A DNA stretch of 46,790 nucleotides, counting the filler, from Jimgerdemannia flammicorona (lineage: Eukaryota): NCBI GenBank assembly GCA_003990765.1. It is 2 parts of 2 records of this genome, joined end to end, with 100 filler letters (N's around TTAATTAATTAA, not from the genome) between each part and the next. Parts side by side here need not be neighbours in the genome. Positions count along the whole stretch, not along the records: positions 1 to 23,357 come from RBNJ01001116.1; positions 23,458 to 46,790 come from RBNJ01001117.1. The stretch is one strand, 5' to 3'. Shown here in pieces: positions 12,910-23,819 of this stretch; the first letter of the stretch is position 1, and every line of letters starts with the position of its first letter. The notes below the pieces were generated by a model. That model worked only from the letters and a program-made list of their open reading frames with translations. It searched no databases and was not told where the DNA came from. The position numbers were made by a program, and so were the translations under genes.

Positions 12910-13320
12910 CTGAGCTCCCAAATCCTTTGGCTTGTCTTGTTCCTTCAGTTAATTCAGAGACTTCTTGTAATTGTGGGGTCTTGACCTTCATGAAGACTGC
13001 TTGGACAATCTTCTGTCCTCTAATGATTCAGTGCCATTCTGCACTACTGTTGTGTAGGATGACCCTGATTTTGCCTATATATCCTGGGTCAATGGTTTCT
13101 CCTTCTACAGTTATTCCTTGTCTGGCAAGTCCAGACCTTGAGGTCAGTTAGATGTAAGCTCCTTGGGGTGACTGTATGGCTAATCTGGTTCTGATCATGA
13201 AGGTTTTTCCAGGCTTGATAGATTCATCCTCTAGGCTGTGAAGATCATACTCTACATCTTCTGGGTTAGCTTTGATCAGGGGTTTGGCCTTGGGATGTAG
13301 CAGGGCATACTGGGTAATGT
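12910..13320 (-). pseudogene. dut: dUTPase domain in family A Pol
   Basis: Five trimeric dUTPase motifs: EYDL, RSGLA, GETIDPGYIG, GQKIVQ, RQAKGFGSS. Confidence 0.9.
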
Positions 13321-14600
13321 CCTTGCTGAGTTTGGGCTATCCTAGGGCTGAAGCTCTACTAGCAGAGAGCTACCAGGCTCTGAGATTGGGGTGTGGCCAT
13401 CTGGCTCCAGTAGAGGGGTCTCAGAGATAGTTGATTCCTCTTCTTCCTCTAGGGTCTAGGGGTTACATGAAGTTGGTGGCATCTTCTGCCCATCCTTGGT
13501 GGGTTGTATGTCTGATGACAGCTAGGATGTCTTCTCCTAAATCATAGATCTTGAGGGTCCTTCTTCCTGGCTTTTTGGTCTGGCTTTTTCAGATCTGGCT
13601 TCTGTTATCTCCTCTCTTCAAAGTGTGAACTACAACTTCATGACTGAGATGGATCTTCTGATGCCTGCAGTCTTGGTAGTCTGGGTGTCTTCTATGGTTA
13701 CAATATCCCATTGTTCAGAAATGATGTTCTCAGTTATTGATCTCTTGTTGTTTTGGGAATTGGTACCCATCTTGGTCATAAGTGGGTGAAAGAGTAGATA
13801 AGGAATATACTTCTATCTGGGTGAAGAGGCCTTGTCCCCTGAATTGGCTTTGCAACTTGGTGGTAACCTCTTGGAAGGTAGTTGACTGTACAACTGTATT
13901 TGAGGGTTCTGGTCTCTGGGGTCTCTGTCTCTCCTGTTGGTCTAGTAAATAACCCTGATAGCAGTAGTCTCAAGGAGAGTAGAAGACCATTTGGTGTGGA
14001 CATCTTCCTAGCTGAAAAGCCTTTTCTTGGTGAGTTTCTTTCTTGGGGATAATGGTGATTATACTGGGTCCTTCTTCTGTATTCCAAGGGTCATTGTCTT
14101 CATGTGGTGTCTAGCGAGGATCATCCCAGGGAATGAGTTCAGAGACCTCTTCTTCTACAGGTGCTTCTTGTTCAGGAACTTCTTGGTCAGAAGTTTCTTC
14201 TTCCTTGGATGATTCTTGACACCAAATTGCTTGTACTTCTGCAGCTTCAGTTGCAGGTGTTTCTGAAACATGTCTGCATTTCTTCTTCTTTTTTTTGTAC
14301 TCTGGGCAGGTTGTACCAGGCGATTTCATTGTTCCCATGATCTTGGAAGAATGCTCAGGACACTTGTGACTCTTAAGGCAGGTAGGGCATTCTTTGATTT
14401 CTCCTGCAATGGCTCCAATGGTAATGGGGATAGTCTTTTTTGCACACACATTATCTTCTGGTCTATCATCTACCAGATTAATTTGGGGATTGAGTCTGGG
14501 ATCATTTCTATCTTCAGATTCTTCCTATTCTTCTGTGGTAGATTCTTCACTACTGGCATATTTCTCCTGAATAGTGACCTTCTTCTTCTTTGATTGCTCT
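13321..14600 (-). pseudogene. ~430-codon Cys/His-containing insert between protease and dUTPase
   Basis: From 14449 one frame runs into the dUTPase, broken only by TGA/TAA/TAG. Motifs CPTCLKSHKCPEH, CPHQ..DYCYQ, CNHRRHPDYQDCRH. Confidence 0.55.
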
Positions 14601-14975
14601 TAGCTGGTCACCTTAACTCTGTACTTCTTGCCTCAGTAGTCAAACCTGAGTACTTGTTGACCAATATCAACAACTGCATTCATTTCCTTCATCCAGTTGG
14701 TGCCAAGAATTATGTCATAGGTGACAGCTTCTGTAACAACAGCTTTGGGGATAGAGAACTGAATGTGTCCAAGAGAGATGGTAATATTTCATACTTCTCC
14801 AAGAGGTTGAGTTCAGGCTCCATCTGCTACTATGATGCTGAGGTTGGATGGTCCATCAATGGGCCATTGGAGGGTGTCCAGGAATATTTTGGCAATGACA
14901 CAGACAGCTGCTCCTGTGTCTATGAGGATTTTTGCTTTTTGTCCTCCAATATCTCCAAGTAAATAGGTGCTGACA
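14601..14975 (-). pseudogene. pol: Family A aspartic protease
   Basis: ILIDTGAAVCVI, with DTG at 14920-14912. Confidence 0.85.
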
Positions 14976-15559
14976 TGTCTTTCTGTGGCCTGAACAGGAA
15001 TGGAAGCTGGTTCTTGCTGTGGGATGGGAACTCAGCCAGTGCTAGACCTGGTAGTTCTCAACAATTTGTTTCAGACTCCAGCTGGTGTCATTTGCAGGAA
15101 CTGCAGGAGAGGGACTTCCATTTAGGCTTCTTGAATCTTCTGCCAGGCTTCATTGTAGATGTCTCTAGGCATGGTTTTTGGGGTATACTTCTTCTTGGGC
15201 TTTGGGGCAGCAGGTTCTCATTCTTCTTGTTCTATTTCTTCATCCTCTGGTGGTAGCTCATTTGTCTTGAGGACAAAAGGTGAGTGGGTTTGGGGAGGTG
15301 TTTCTATCTGCTCCTCTTCATGTTCTTTGTCTGCTTCTTGGATAATTCTTCTGCTGATATTCCTGGATGGCCTTCCTACAGGTCTCTTCCTCTTCTCTGC
15401 TGGGTAGACTGTTTTTTGGGTGGTAACCTTGGTAGGGAATAAATCTAGGTCACTGTAGTCTTCACTGTTGCTTGCTTCCTCGAAATCTTCAACAGGATGG
15501 GCTTCAGTCTTCTTGTACTGAGTGTCATTCCTTTGGTTTGGTGGTTCTGAGTCCCTTCA

Positions 15560-16643
15560 ATCACTTCTTTTGTTGTCACATTCAGTGGTATAGTATCTGC
15601 ATTGTCCACAGTGGAAGTATTAGACTTGAGCTCTGTCTTGAACAGAATATCTTCTTTCTTCTTGCTGGTAATCCTGTTATCTCTTGGTAGATAACCTTGG
15701 CTCCTCTGTGGTGGATATCCTCTGTTGTCTTGGTAGCTCCAATTTTCACATGTGGTGAGTTTTCAATCTGTCCAACCAATCAGTCTAACTTGGAGCTGAG
15801 GTCTTGGATTTTGCTTCTGTCCTTCTTTCCTTCTTTGGCTGACCTTCTTTCCTCAGATATTTCTTGTCCTTGAAGAAGTCCTTGTAGGGCTTTGACCATG
15901 ATGTCTTCTTTATCTTCTTTCTTGTCATAATCACTCCAGGTAGTTCCTTGTCCAACATCAAATAATCCTTGTGCTGCTTCTACTTGCTCTTCAGACCTTC
16001 TGATACCTAGGGTGCAGACATGCTGGGCAATATTTGGGGGAATTCCATTCATGAAGGTCATTGGACCTATAATGTCCTGGTTGATGGCATTGAACCTGGC
16101 AGCATGCATTCTCTTCTGGATTCTTGTGAAGAAGGCTCTGGGTGATTCTCCAAGATTCATCTTCATCTCTATGATGGATTCTTGGGCCTTGTGGCAGGTT
16201 TCATTTCCTGCATACTTTTCAATGAACCAGTGGACCATGGCTACATATTCTAGTTCACAAGATGCTGCTGCTTGTATCTGTCTTGCCAGTTCTGAATCTG
16301 GATTATCTGCTATTTGATGGAAAATTCCTCTTGCTGGTTCTCTGAGCTGAGCCTTGTAGATGGCGATTTTTCTTTCATCTGAGAAATTCCTCAGGGCTGC
16401 AATTCCTTCAATTCTGTCAAGGAATTCTCTGGGGTCTTCCTCTGAGTATCCTGCAAAGGTTGGCAATAAGGTGGCCATTTCATCATCACTTTTTTCTGAT
16501 TCTGGTTCTGGTTTAGATTCTGATTCTGATTCACTTTCTGAACTATCACTGGAGATGGGGGTGCTTGGGTATCCTGAGGATGGTGTTCTGGACCTTGGAC
16601 AAAGTGGAATGAGCCTAGGTATTCTTGTAGGAGCTACTTCCAA
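15560..16643 (-). pseudogene. gag: Family A Gag
   Basis: MATLLPTFAGYSEEDPREFLDRIE... retrotransposon capsid-like sequence. Decayed CCHC knuckle (FHCGQCRYYTTEC) at ~15575-15620. Confidence 0.85.
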
Positions 16644-17259
16644 CTCTGCAAGGATTGCAGTAAAGGTTCTATTGGTGAGATTGATAGGACTGGTATAGGG
16701 TGTCTGGCTGTAAGTTCTTGGACTTGGGTTATAAGATCTTCTAGTTCTTATATAAGTTCTTCAAAATCTCCAGCAGGGCCACCTGTGTTGTCTGGTTGAT
16801 CTGGTTGGGGATTCTGCTTCTGGTTCTGGTTGGGATCCTTCTGATGCTAATTGACCTGAATGCTCAGAAAATGTAGATCATCTACTGAGATCAGATAATG
16901 TAAATTTCCATCAATGTCAACAAAGGAGTACTATCTGAGATAAAGGAAGAAAAAAGTGAGCAAAAAGAAGCCTATATAATAACTACTTAGAAAAGAAGAA
17001 AAAAGTCAGATGTATCAGTAAAGAAGAATAGTACAAAAGAATCATTGAAGAATATATACCACAAGGAGTCTACCACTATGGAATAAGAATATACTATATG
17101 GAATATGTCCATGACTGCTACCAATATACCAGCAGAATCAAGAAGATCTATCAAGAAAGAAGATAGAAGGCTCTTGAGAACAGATAAGAGAAGAGAAGAA
17201 GGAGGAAGAAGATGATGAACCACTAGCCCTTCTGGAAGATAGTGATAATGAAGAAGAAA

Positions 17260-17670
17260 TTAAGGTCAAGATTCAGAGGATCCACTCTGATACAGTTCTA
17301 CCAGAATACAAGTCAGAAAATGCAGCTGAAACAGATATTGCTGCCATAGAAGTAACTGTACCAGGGCCCCAGACAACCACTCTGCTTACAACTGATCTGT
17401 AAATAACAAAGAACCATATTGGGATCCTCAAGATAGAAGCAGTCTGGCCAAGAGTAAGATTACAATTGAAAGAGAAGTCATTTATTTAGACTATATTGGA
17501 GAAATACTACTTATTACTAGAAACCACAACTCTATGATTTCATTTCCAATTAAGAAGAAGGACTGATTTGCACAGATGTTAATCTTTTCAGTTATTTAGC
17601 CAAAGATCATGGAAGTTAAGAAGTTGGAGGAAATGGAAAGAGGAAAGAAAGGATTCAGATCTACAAGAAG
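17260..17670 (+). pseudogene. dut: dUTPase domain in family B Pol
   Basis: RSSLAKS, VIYLDYIGEI, FAQML, ERGKKGFRST. Collinear with 30160-30590. Confidence 0.85.
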
Positions 17671-20356
17671 AGATGTATTTGCTAGTATCAAAATCACTAA
17701 ACTGGACCACAAGAAGGAGGAAATCACAAATAAGCATAGCTATACCATTGGCAATAAATTCCTACTCAAGAAGGAACTCAAGAAGATACTTTACAAATTC
17801 AAAGATATCCTAGCCACAGACTTCAAGAATATTAAGGGAAAGACTCCACATTACTATCATGATATAGATATAGGAGACACTGAACCAATCTACCAAAAAG
17901 TAACCCCAATTCTGCCAGCCTGCCATGAATAGCTCAGAGAAGAAATTAAGCAGATGGATAAAGCCAGTATTATTAAAGAAGCCAGCAGCCCTTGGGCTTT
18001 ACCAGCTGTACTAGCTCCAAAAAAAGAAAGCAAGCTAGGAGAATTTGCCCCAAGGCTCTGTACCAATTACAGAAAGCTCAATCTGGTTACTAAGAAGGAT
18101 TACCAGCCACTGCCCCTCATCAGCAACATCTTTGTAACCTTAGAAGATGAAGTACAGTACTATAGTACCTTGAACTTATATTCAGAATTCAATCAAATTA
18201 GTCTCACAGAAGCAATAAGTGAGAAGTCGGCCTTCATCACTCCAGACAGAACCTATGTCTATCTATAAATACCATTCAGAATATACAATACACCAGTAAG
18301 CTTCTAGTAAATAATGAATAAAATCTTCTGCTATGATATGGGAAGATGGATAATGGTTTATGTAGATGATATTATTATCTATAGTAAGACACTAGAAGAA
18401 TATCTGAGTAGATAATAGAGAAGCTAAGGAAGTATGGTCTTTATATCAAGTCTAAGAAGTGCAAGTTTATGGAAATTGAGATCTCCTACCTAGGTCACAT
18501 CATCAACTAAGATGAAACATATACAGACCAGCTCAAGATTCAAGCAGTAGCAGTATACCCAAGGCCCATCACTATCACTGAAGCCCAAGCATTCATGGGA
18601 CTTGCCTCATATTACTGCAGATTTATTAGAGGATTCTCGAATATTACAGACCCAATTTACTATCTCAATAAGAAAGATATCAAGTTCCAATAGACTGGTA
18701 GTTGACAAAAAGCATTTGGTGAGCTCAAGATCAGACTGACTCAGGCATCTATTCTCAGAAGACCCAATTGGACTCAAGAATTCATTCTGCAGACACACGC
18801 AAGTATCTAATAACTAGGAATAGTTCTGGCTTAAAAGAAAGATAATGTAGAGTATATCATCGTATATCTAAGCTGAGGAACCTGAGGAGCAGAAAAGGAA
18901 TATGAATTCTATAAGTTAAAATGTCTGGCAGTCATCTGGGCTATAGAAAAGTTTCACTACTATCTCACAGAGAGATATTTCACTATACAGACAGACCATT
19001 CAGCCATCACTTGACTACTGACTACCAGGCAACTCAAAGGAATCTATGCTAGAAAGATTATGAAGTTGCAGGTCTATGATATAACCATTATGTACTACTC
19101 TAGAAGAACCCATGCCAATGTAGATACTCTTTCATAGATACCCTCAAAGACTCCTAACCAGCAAATCAACTATAAATAAAGAACTCTATTATAGAATTAT
19201 TACCTATCTGAGACAGTGAAAGATACTCCAACATCTGGTAGAATATATACAAATGATTATCAATAGAACATAGAAGCAATTTATGACTAACAGAAAAACA
19301 CTAAAGAAAGAAAAGCTACTAGTTATACCCAAATATAAGAAGGAGCAAACAATGAAATCAGTAGATAAACTTAGCCATCTAAGAGGAACAAAAAGATATA
19401 AAAAAGAAAGAAGAACAATATAGTGGTCAGGAATGGAGGAAGATATCATACAATTTGTCAAGATCTGTGATAAATACCAAAAATACAACAAGATTAACAA
19501 ATCAGACATCAGGACCAGTATATATAAAATCAGTACTCTTTGTATACATTATAATAGATGTAATTGGCCCTCTATCCTTGACTTTAACTGGTAACTGATA
19601 TATTATTATCATTATAGATATTTTCATGAAATGGATAGAGGCAGAAACTCTCAAAAAAGTCAATGTATACATAGTTAATTATAGATTTTCTCTACAAAGA
19701 AATCATCTGCTGATTCAAGACCCCAGCATAAGTAACTATAGACAGAGGAACAGAATATGTGAACCAGTTCTTGGAGGTTCTTTACAAGAAGTATAAGATC
19801 CAGCATATTCAGACTATAGCCTATCACTCTTAGGGAAATGGATAAGCAGAAAGGACCAACAAAACTCTCAAGAATGTCATCATCAAGACCTTTAATCACT
19901 ATAAAAACTGGAATCACTATCTGCCAATAGCATTATCTGCTCTTTGGAATATCCAATCACAAAGTACCCATTTTACCCCTCAAGAGATGCTATTTAGAGA
20001 AGAAAGTTCTCAAAAAACCCTATTGTCTAATAGCGATACTATATAGAAATACATGGATATAAAGATATGGAGACTATACCAAATCAGAAAGAAGGCTGAG
20101 GATTACATTACCAAGGTGCAGACAATGCAATAAAATAATGAAGAAAAGATTCACAAGCCCCTTGAGATTATTAAGATAGGAGACAAAGTTCAAGTATATC
20201 AGAATATGGTAGAAGCTTCATGGTCATAAAAACTAGAGCCTAAGTGAGAAGGACCTTACCTTGTATAAGATATAAAAGAAACTACCTTTTGGTTATATAA
20301 ACTCTCAAATACAATCATTCTCACTACTATTTATCAAAATTGACTCAAGAAGTATT

Positions 20357-20902
20357 ATGGCTAATCAATGAAGTACTGCAATAGTCCTCAAGATCACCTG
20401 TACTATACAACAAGTTATAGAAAAACAATGGTATACTATAAAGCTGCCAATTATGAAAGAATCCTTTGACAGTATCCTGAGTATAGTCCAGATATACTTA
20501 TCATAAATCTTGTACTTCAAGACCTACCAGAACTAGATTGAGTTTCAAGAATACTTCAAGTTGAGACAGCTACTAAACTCATGGCCAGAGATAGGAAAAG
20601 AAGACTGGATTAGAGAGTGTCAGCTCTCTTATACTTGGATCACAATTGCTAAACAAGTTAACAAATTATTCGAAAATAATGAGTCATCTCTAGCTTATTT
20701 TTGTAGAGTCATCCCAGGAGACTTTGGATACATCAAAAGATACTATTAAGAGAATATAATGTTACAAATTGTACAGTATAAGGAGATACAAATTGTGGAA
20801 GCTTGGGAGTTCAAGGGAATTGGATGTTTCAGAGATAAATTATCTATTCTGAAAGAAGTTGTGATGGTTGATCCAATTTAGGAATGTGAATCAGAGGAAT
20901 AG
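20357..20902 (+). pseudogene. Family B accessory ORF (182 codons, internal stops), unknown function
   Basis: ATG overlaps the pol end (TATGGCTAA). Contains FQEYFKLRQLLNSWP...IAKQVNKLFENN...VIPGDFGYI, which aligns to the C and D ORF core. Second copy at ~5570-6090 (-). Confidence 0.6.
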
Positions 20903-21212
20903 ACATTTGATTGAAGTATCTGAATCTTATTCTTAAATATATATAGTATAGTCTTACAAATACTATTCATAGTATTTCACAAACATTAAAGTTTTGGCAT
21001 TTGTCAAAGATTTAGCAGATGTTAAGAATTTAATACTTGTGAAAAGTAACTCATAACTTAGCTACTCTATAGCTAGCAAACTTGTACAAATAACTCCAGT
21101 ATTTAGAGTAAATAAACCTCAGATCAAAATAGTTTAAAGCAAAGAGAAATTAAGGGAACTAGTAAGCCTGTGGGTAGATATACTTTGAACTCACTCACCC
21201 CTGCATCCTGAG

Positions 21213-21446
21213 TCAATGTTGTTGTCGTAATGTCGATCTACACTAGGGAGGTGTAACTATACTACATTTTGCATAATGTCAACTATGCTATGCTCACGTG
21301 ATGTCAATCTTCGTGATAAAACACCAATAACCCCGTGTCACCGAAATGACCATGCATCACCCCGAAATCCTAGGAAAGAAACCTCAAATAAATGATCGAT
21401 TGTTCTGTATTTGGGTGGAAACACATGGTATAAAAGACCGGCCCAA
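21213..21446. repeat. Split direct repeat B2 (234 bp)
   Basis: Near-identical to 21729-21962; differences are mostly CpG-type transitions. Confidence 0.95.
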
Positions 21447-21728
21447 CCACTATGTATATATATATAGGGTGAGGTGGGTGGTAATGAAATGCGTATGAAT
21501 GTACGGAAGCGCAAAAGCGTAAGTGTAAAGCGCGTATGAAGTAATGTTGGGTGAATGGTAGAATTACATATAGAAGTAATGCGCCTACCGTGCTAGTACC
21601 AAAAAAGGAAAGACTACACCTGATTTAGACATGCCTTAGACAAACAACAGCGTTGAAACATTTTGGGTGCTATACGCCCAAGACCTTCCTGCATTCATTG
21701 ACCTGTGGTCTCGAGCGAGCCCCCTCAT

Positions 21729-21962
21729 TCAATGTTTTTACCGTAATGTCAATCTACGCTAGGGAGGCGTAACTATACTACGTTTTGTATAATGTCAACT
21801 ATGCTACGCTCACGTGATGTCAATCTTCGTGATAAAACACCAATAACCCCATGTCACCGAAATGACCATGCATCACCCCAAAATCCTAGGAAAGAAACCT
21901 CAAATAAATGATCGATTGTTCTGTATTTGGGTGGAAACACACAGTATAAAAGACCGGCCCAA
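21729..21962. repeat. Split direct repeat B1 (234 bp)
   Basis: Direct repeat of 21213-21446, separated by a 282-bp unique block (putative A2). Confidence 0.95.
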
Positions 21963-22142
21963 ATGTTATATGTAAAATGTGTGGGATGATGATGTGTAGC
22001 AGTGTGAGTTGGCAGTGCCGAAAGAAAGAACTCGGCCCAAATGAAGTAAAAAGGGGGTTATGGATGTGGAAATGTGAGCAGAGTAGATGATAGAAAGACG
22101 CCGAAGGCTTAATAGAAAGGCCGCACCCAATGTCGATGATAT

Positions 22143-22510
22143 GGCTGGTGTCGCGAGCCACGTGGTTAAAACCGAGGGCAGGTGTCGCGAATTGTGCGAC
22201 AGCCAAGAAGCTGATTTAACGAGCCCAGCGATCGAGGGATAGAACTGGTGTTGTGAGTTGCACGGGGGTCCGAGTAGGCTGGTGTCGTGAGCTGTGCGAT
22301 AACGAAAAGAAGGAGGGCTGGTGTCACGAGCCGCACAATGTCAGAAAAGGTTGGTATCGTGAACTACACGGTGGCAAGAGGCTGAGGTGGGTGGATTAAA
22401 GGCTGGTGTCCTGAGCCACTTGGTGATGTAAGGCCGATGAGGAGAGGTAAAGGCTGGTGTCGCGCACCACACGGGACCCAGAATAAGCTGGTGTCGCGGG
22501 CTACACGGTA
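22143..22510. repeat. Array of ~10 degenerate ~22-bp cores (GGCTGGTGTCGCGAGCCACACGG) with variable spacers
   Basis: Cores start at ~22143, 22177, 22209, 22243, 22277, 22316, 22349, 22401, 22452 and 22486. Confidence 0.85.
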
Positions 22511-22532
22511 GAAAAAAAGGAATGGGAAATCG

Positions 22533-23260
22533 TTAACCGCAAGTAATATGAGTAACAGAACAAGTATTACAAGTTAACGAAGCCCGAAGGTGGAGAATGC
22601 AAGAAATAGGCATGTGAATATAGCCTTTAAATGCCACGCTCTCCCACTGACCCAACATCTGAATCTCGTAATCGGATAAACCGGCCGCAGCGGCATCGGA
22701 TGTTGCACCAATCCAAAAACTATGCCCGGCGTAAAGAAGCGGATTCAGACTAATCCGTGGAAGTAACATGCGAAGACGACTAACGAGATAGGTCCGAGAG
22801 AACGATCGATTCGCAGAACGCCAGAACAGAGGGGTGTTGGGTGGGGCTGGGTGCACCAGGTAAAGAAGGCGAAGTAAGGATATAACGCATAGCGTGGCGG
22901 GATCCGTTTTGGCGATAAAAAGTGTTGCACCCTGGCGAAATGGGTTTGTTTTAGAGGCTGGCAGGGTGAGCGTAATATGGGTGGGGTCGGCAATGCTAGG
23001 TTGAAAAACCACAGAGCCGCAGGACAGCTGGGAAATAGGATCGAAAGACCCGTCCCATGTAAATTCGCCGGAGTGAAGAAAGCCGACGTACAGGACCTTT
23101 CACTCGGACCAAACAGTTGGCTCCACATCTAAGCCACCAGGATGGTGAGCTTCTCAAGTTTTGGAGGCCACAAATATAGGCTCCAAGGAGCACCAACAGG
23201 TGTACCTTATCCCTTAGGTATAGGAGTCCCGCCTGGTCTTTTCGGCGTAGCCATAGCTTC
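22533..23260 (-). pseudogene. Tyrosine recombinase (phage integrase family) of the DIRS/Ngaro element
   Basis: GFLHSGEFT (R>H), ASKTNPFRQG, YAGHSFWIGATSDAAAAG (HSFR, R>W), IQMLGQWES(R>Q)VAFKGYI. N-terminal part has stops and appears deleted. Confidence 0.88.
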
Positions 23261-23357
23261 TAGTTTCAGCAAGTTACAAGGATTTCAAGAATTTCGGGGC
23301 AAGACGGGCAAAACGACACAGGCAAGATGGGCAAGATGGGCAACACGGGTAACACGG

Positions 23358-23457
23358 NNNNNNNNNNNNNNNNNNNNNNNNNNNNNNNNNNNNNNNNNNN
23401 NTTAATTAATTAANNNNNNNNNNNNNNNNNNNNNNNNNNNNNNNNNNNNNNNNNNNN
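23358..23457. other. Artificial assembly gap/linker (44 N + TTAATTAATTAA + 44 N)
   Basis: Six-frame stop linker at 23402-23413, centred in an exact 100-bp block. Confidence 0.97.
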
Positions 23458-23815
23458 CCCTCCCCATCCCCTCTTGATAAAAGACCACTTTGTCAAATAC
23501 CATCTCTACCCACCCACCACTCCACCTATAAATCTCTTCTATCAGACAGTGACATTACCTACCCTGGGGACCCCAACCAACCCACCACCCAGTCAGTAGA
23601 TCTCCCAATAACTCCTCCCATCTCAATAACTTCTCTTGCATTCCTATCTATCACCCTTCCTCAAAAACAAAAAGCCAATGACCAGCCAACCCTACCCATA
23701 TTGCTATAATCCATCCTATAGTGAGGCACCATTACCAATACCTCCCACTAGTCTAGATCTCAAATCCTCCCAATGGTCTCTCTCTCTATCCAGCCTCCTT
23801 TCTACATCTAGCTGG
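23458..23815 (-). mobile_element. LINE ORF2 3'-end fragment
   Basis: Aligns with 120-405 (e.g. CCTCAAAAACAAA.AGCCAATG.CCAGCCA). Confidence 0.75.
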
Positions 23816-23819
23816 TCTT

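Larger units (their letters stand above)
7988..16848 (-). mobile_element. Ty3/Gypsy LTR retrotransposon family A with dUTPase, 5'-truncated (no 5' LTR)
   Basis: Domain order gag-PR-insert-dUTPase-RT-RNaseH-IN-accessory ORF-PPT-LTR. Confidence 0.92.
16850..21212 (+). mobile_element. Ty3/Gypsy family B with dUTPase, 5'-truncated in protease, 3' end interrupted by the YR element
   Basis: IDLNAQKM (protease end, matches C at ~34930). RT SSPWALPAVLAPKK, YVDD at 18359-18370. RNase H, integrase and a 3' region matching 5188-5600. Confidence 0.9.
21213..23357 (-). mobile_element. Tyrosine-recombinase retrotransposon (DIRS order, Ngaro/PAT-like), 3' part
   Basis: YR ORF followed by a B1-A2-B2 split direct repeat layout. 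CpG-rich. Abruptly interrupts the family B 3' end. Confidence 0.85.

Noticed and set aside
21429..21435. TATAAAA in the B repeats (also 21945-21951) as an antisense promoter
   Set aside because: Single short motif with no supporting ORF or other evidence.
22143..22510. CRISPR array
   Set aside because: Repeats are degenerate, spacers are only ~11 nt or irregular, there are no cas genes, and the context is a eukaryotic retroelement.
22533..23260. Prophage or integron integrase
   Set aside because: Motifs (SKTxPFRQG, GHSFxIGA, LGxWxS) and split direct repeats fit DIRS/Ngaro; no phage genes nearby.
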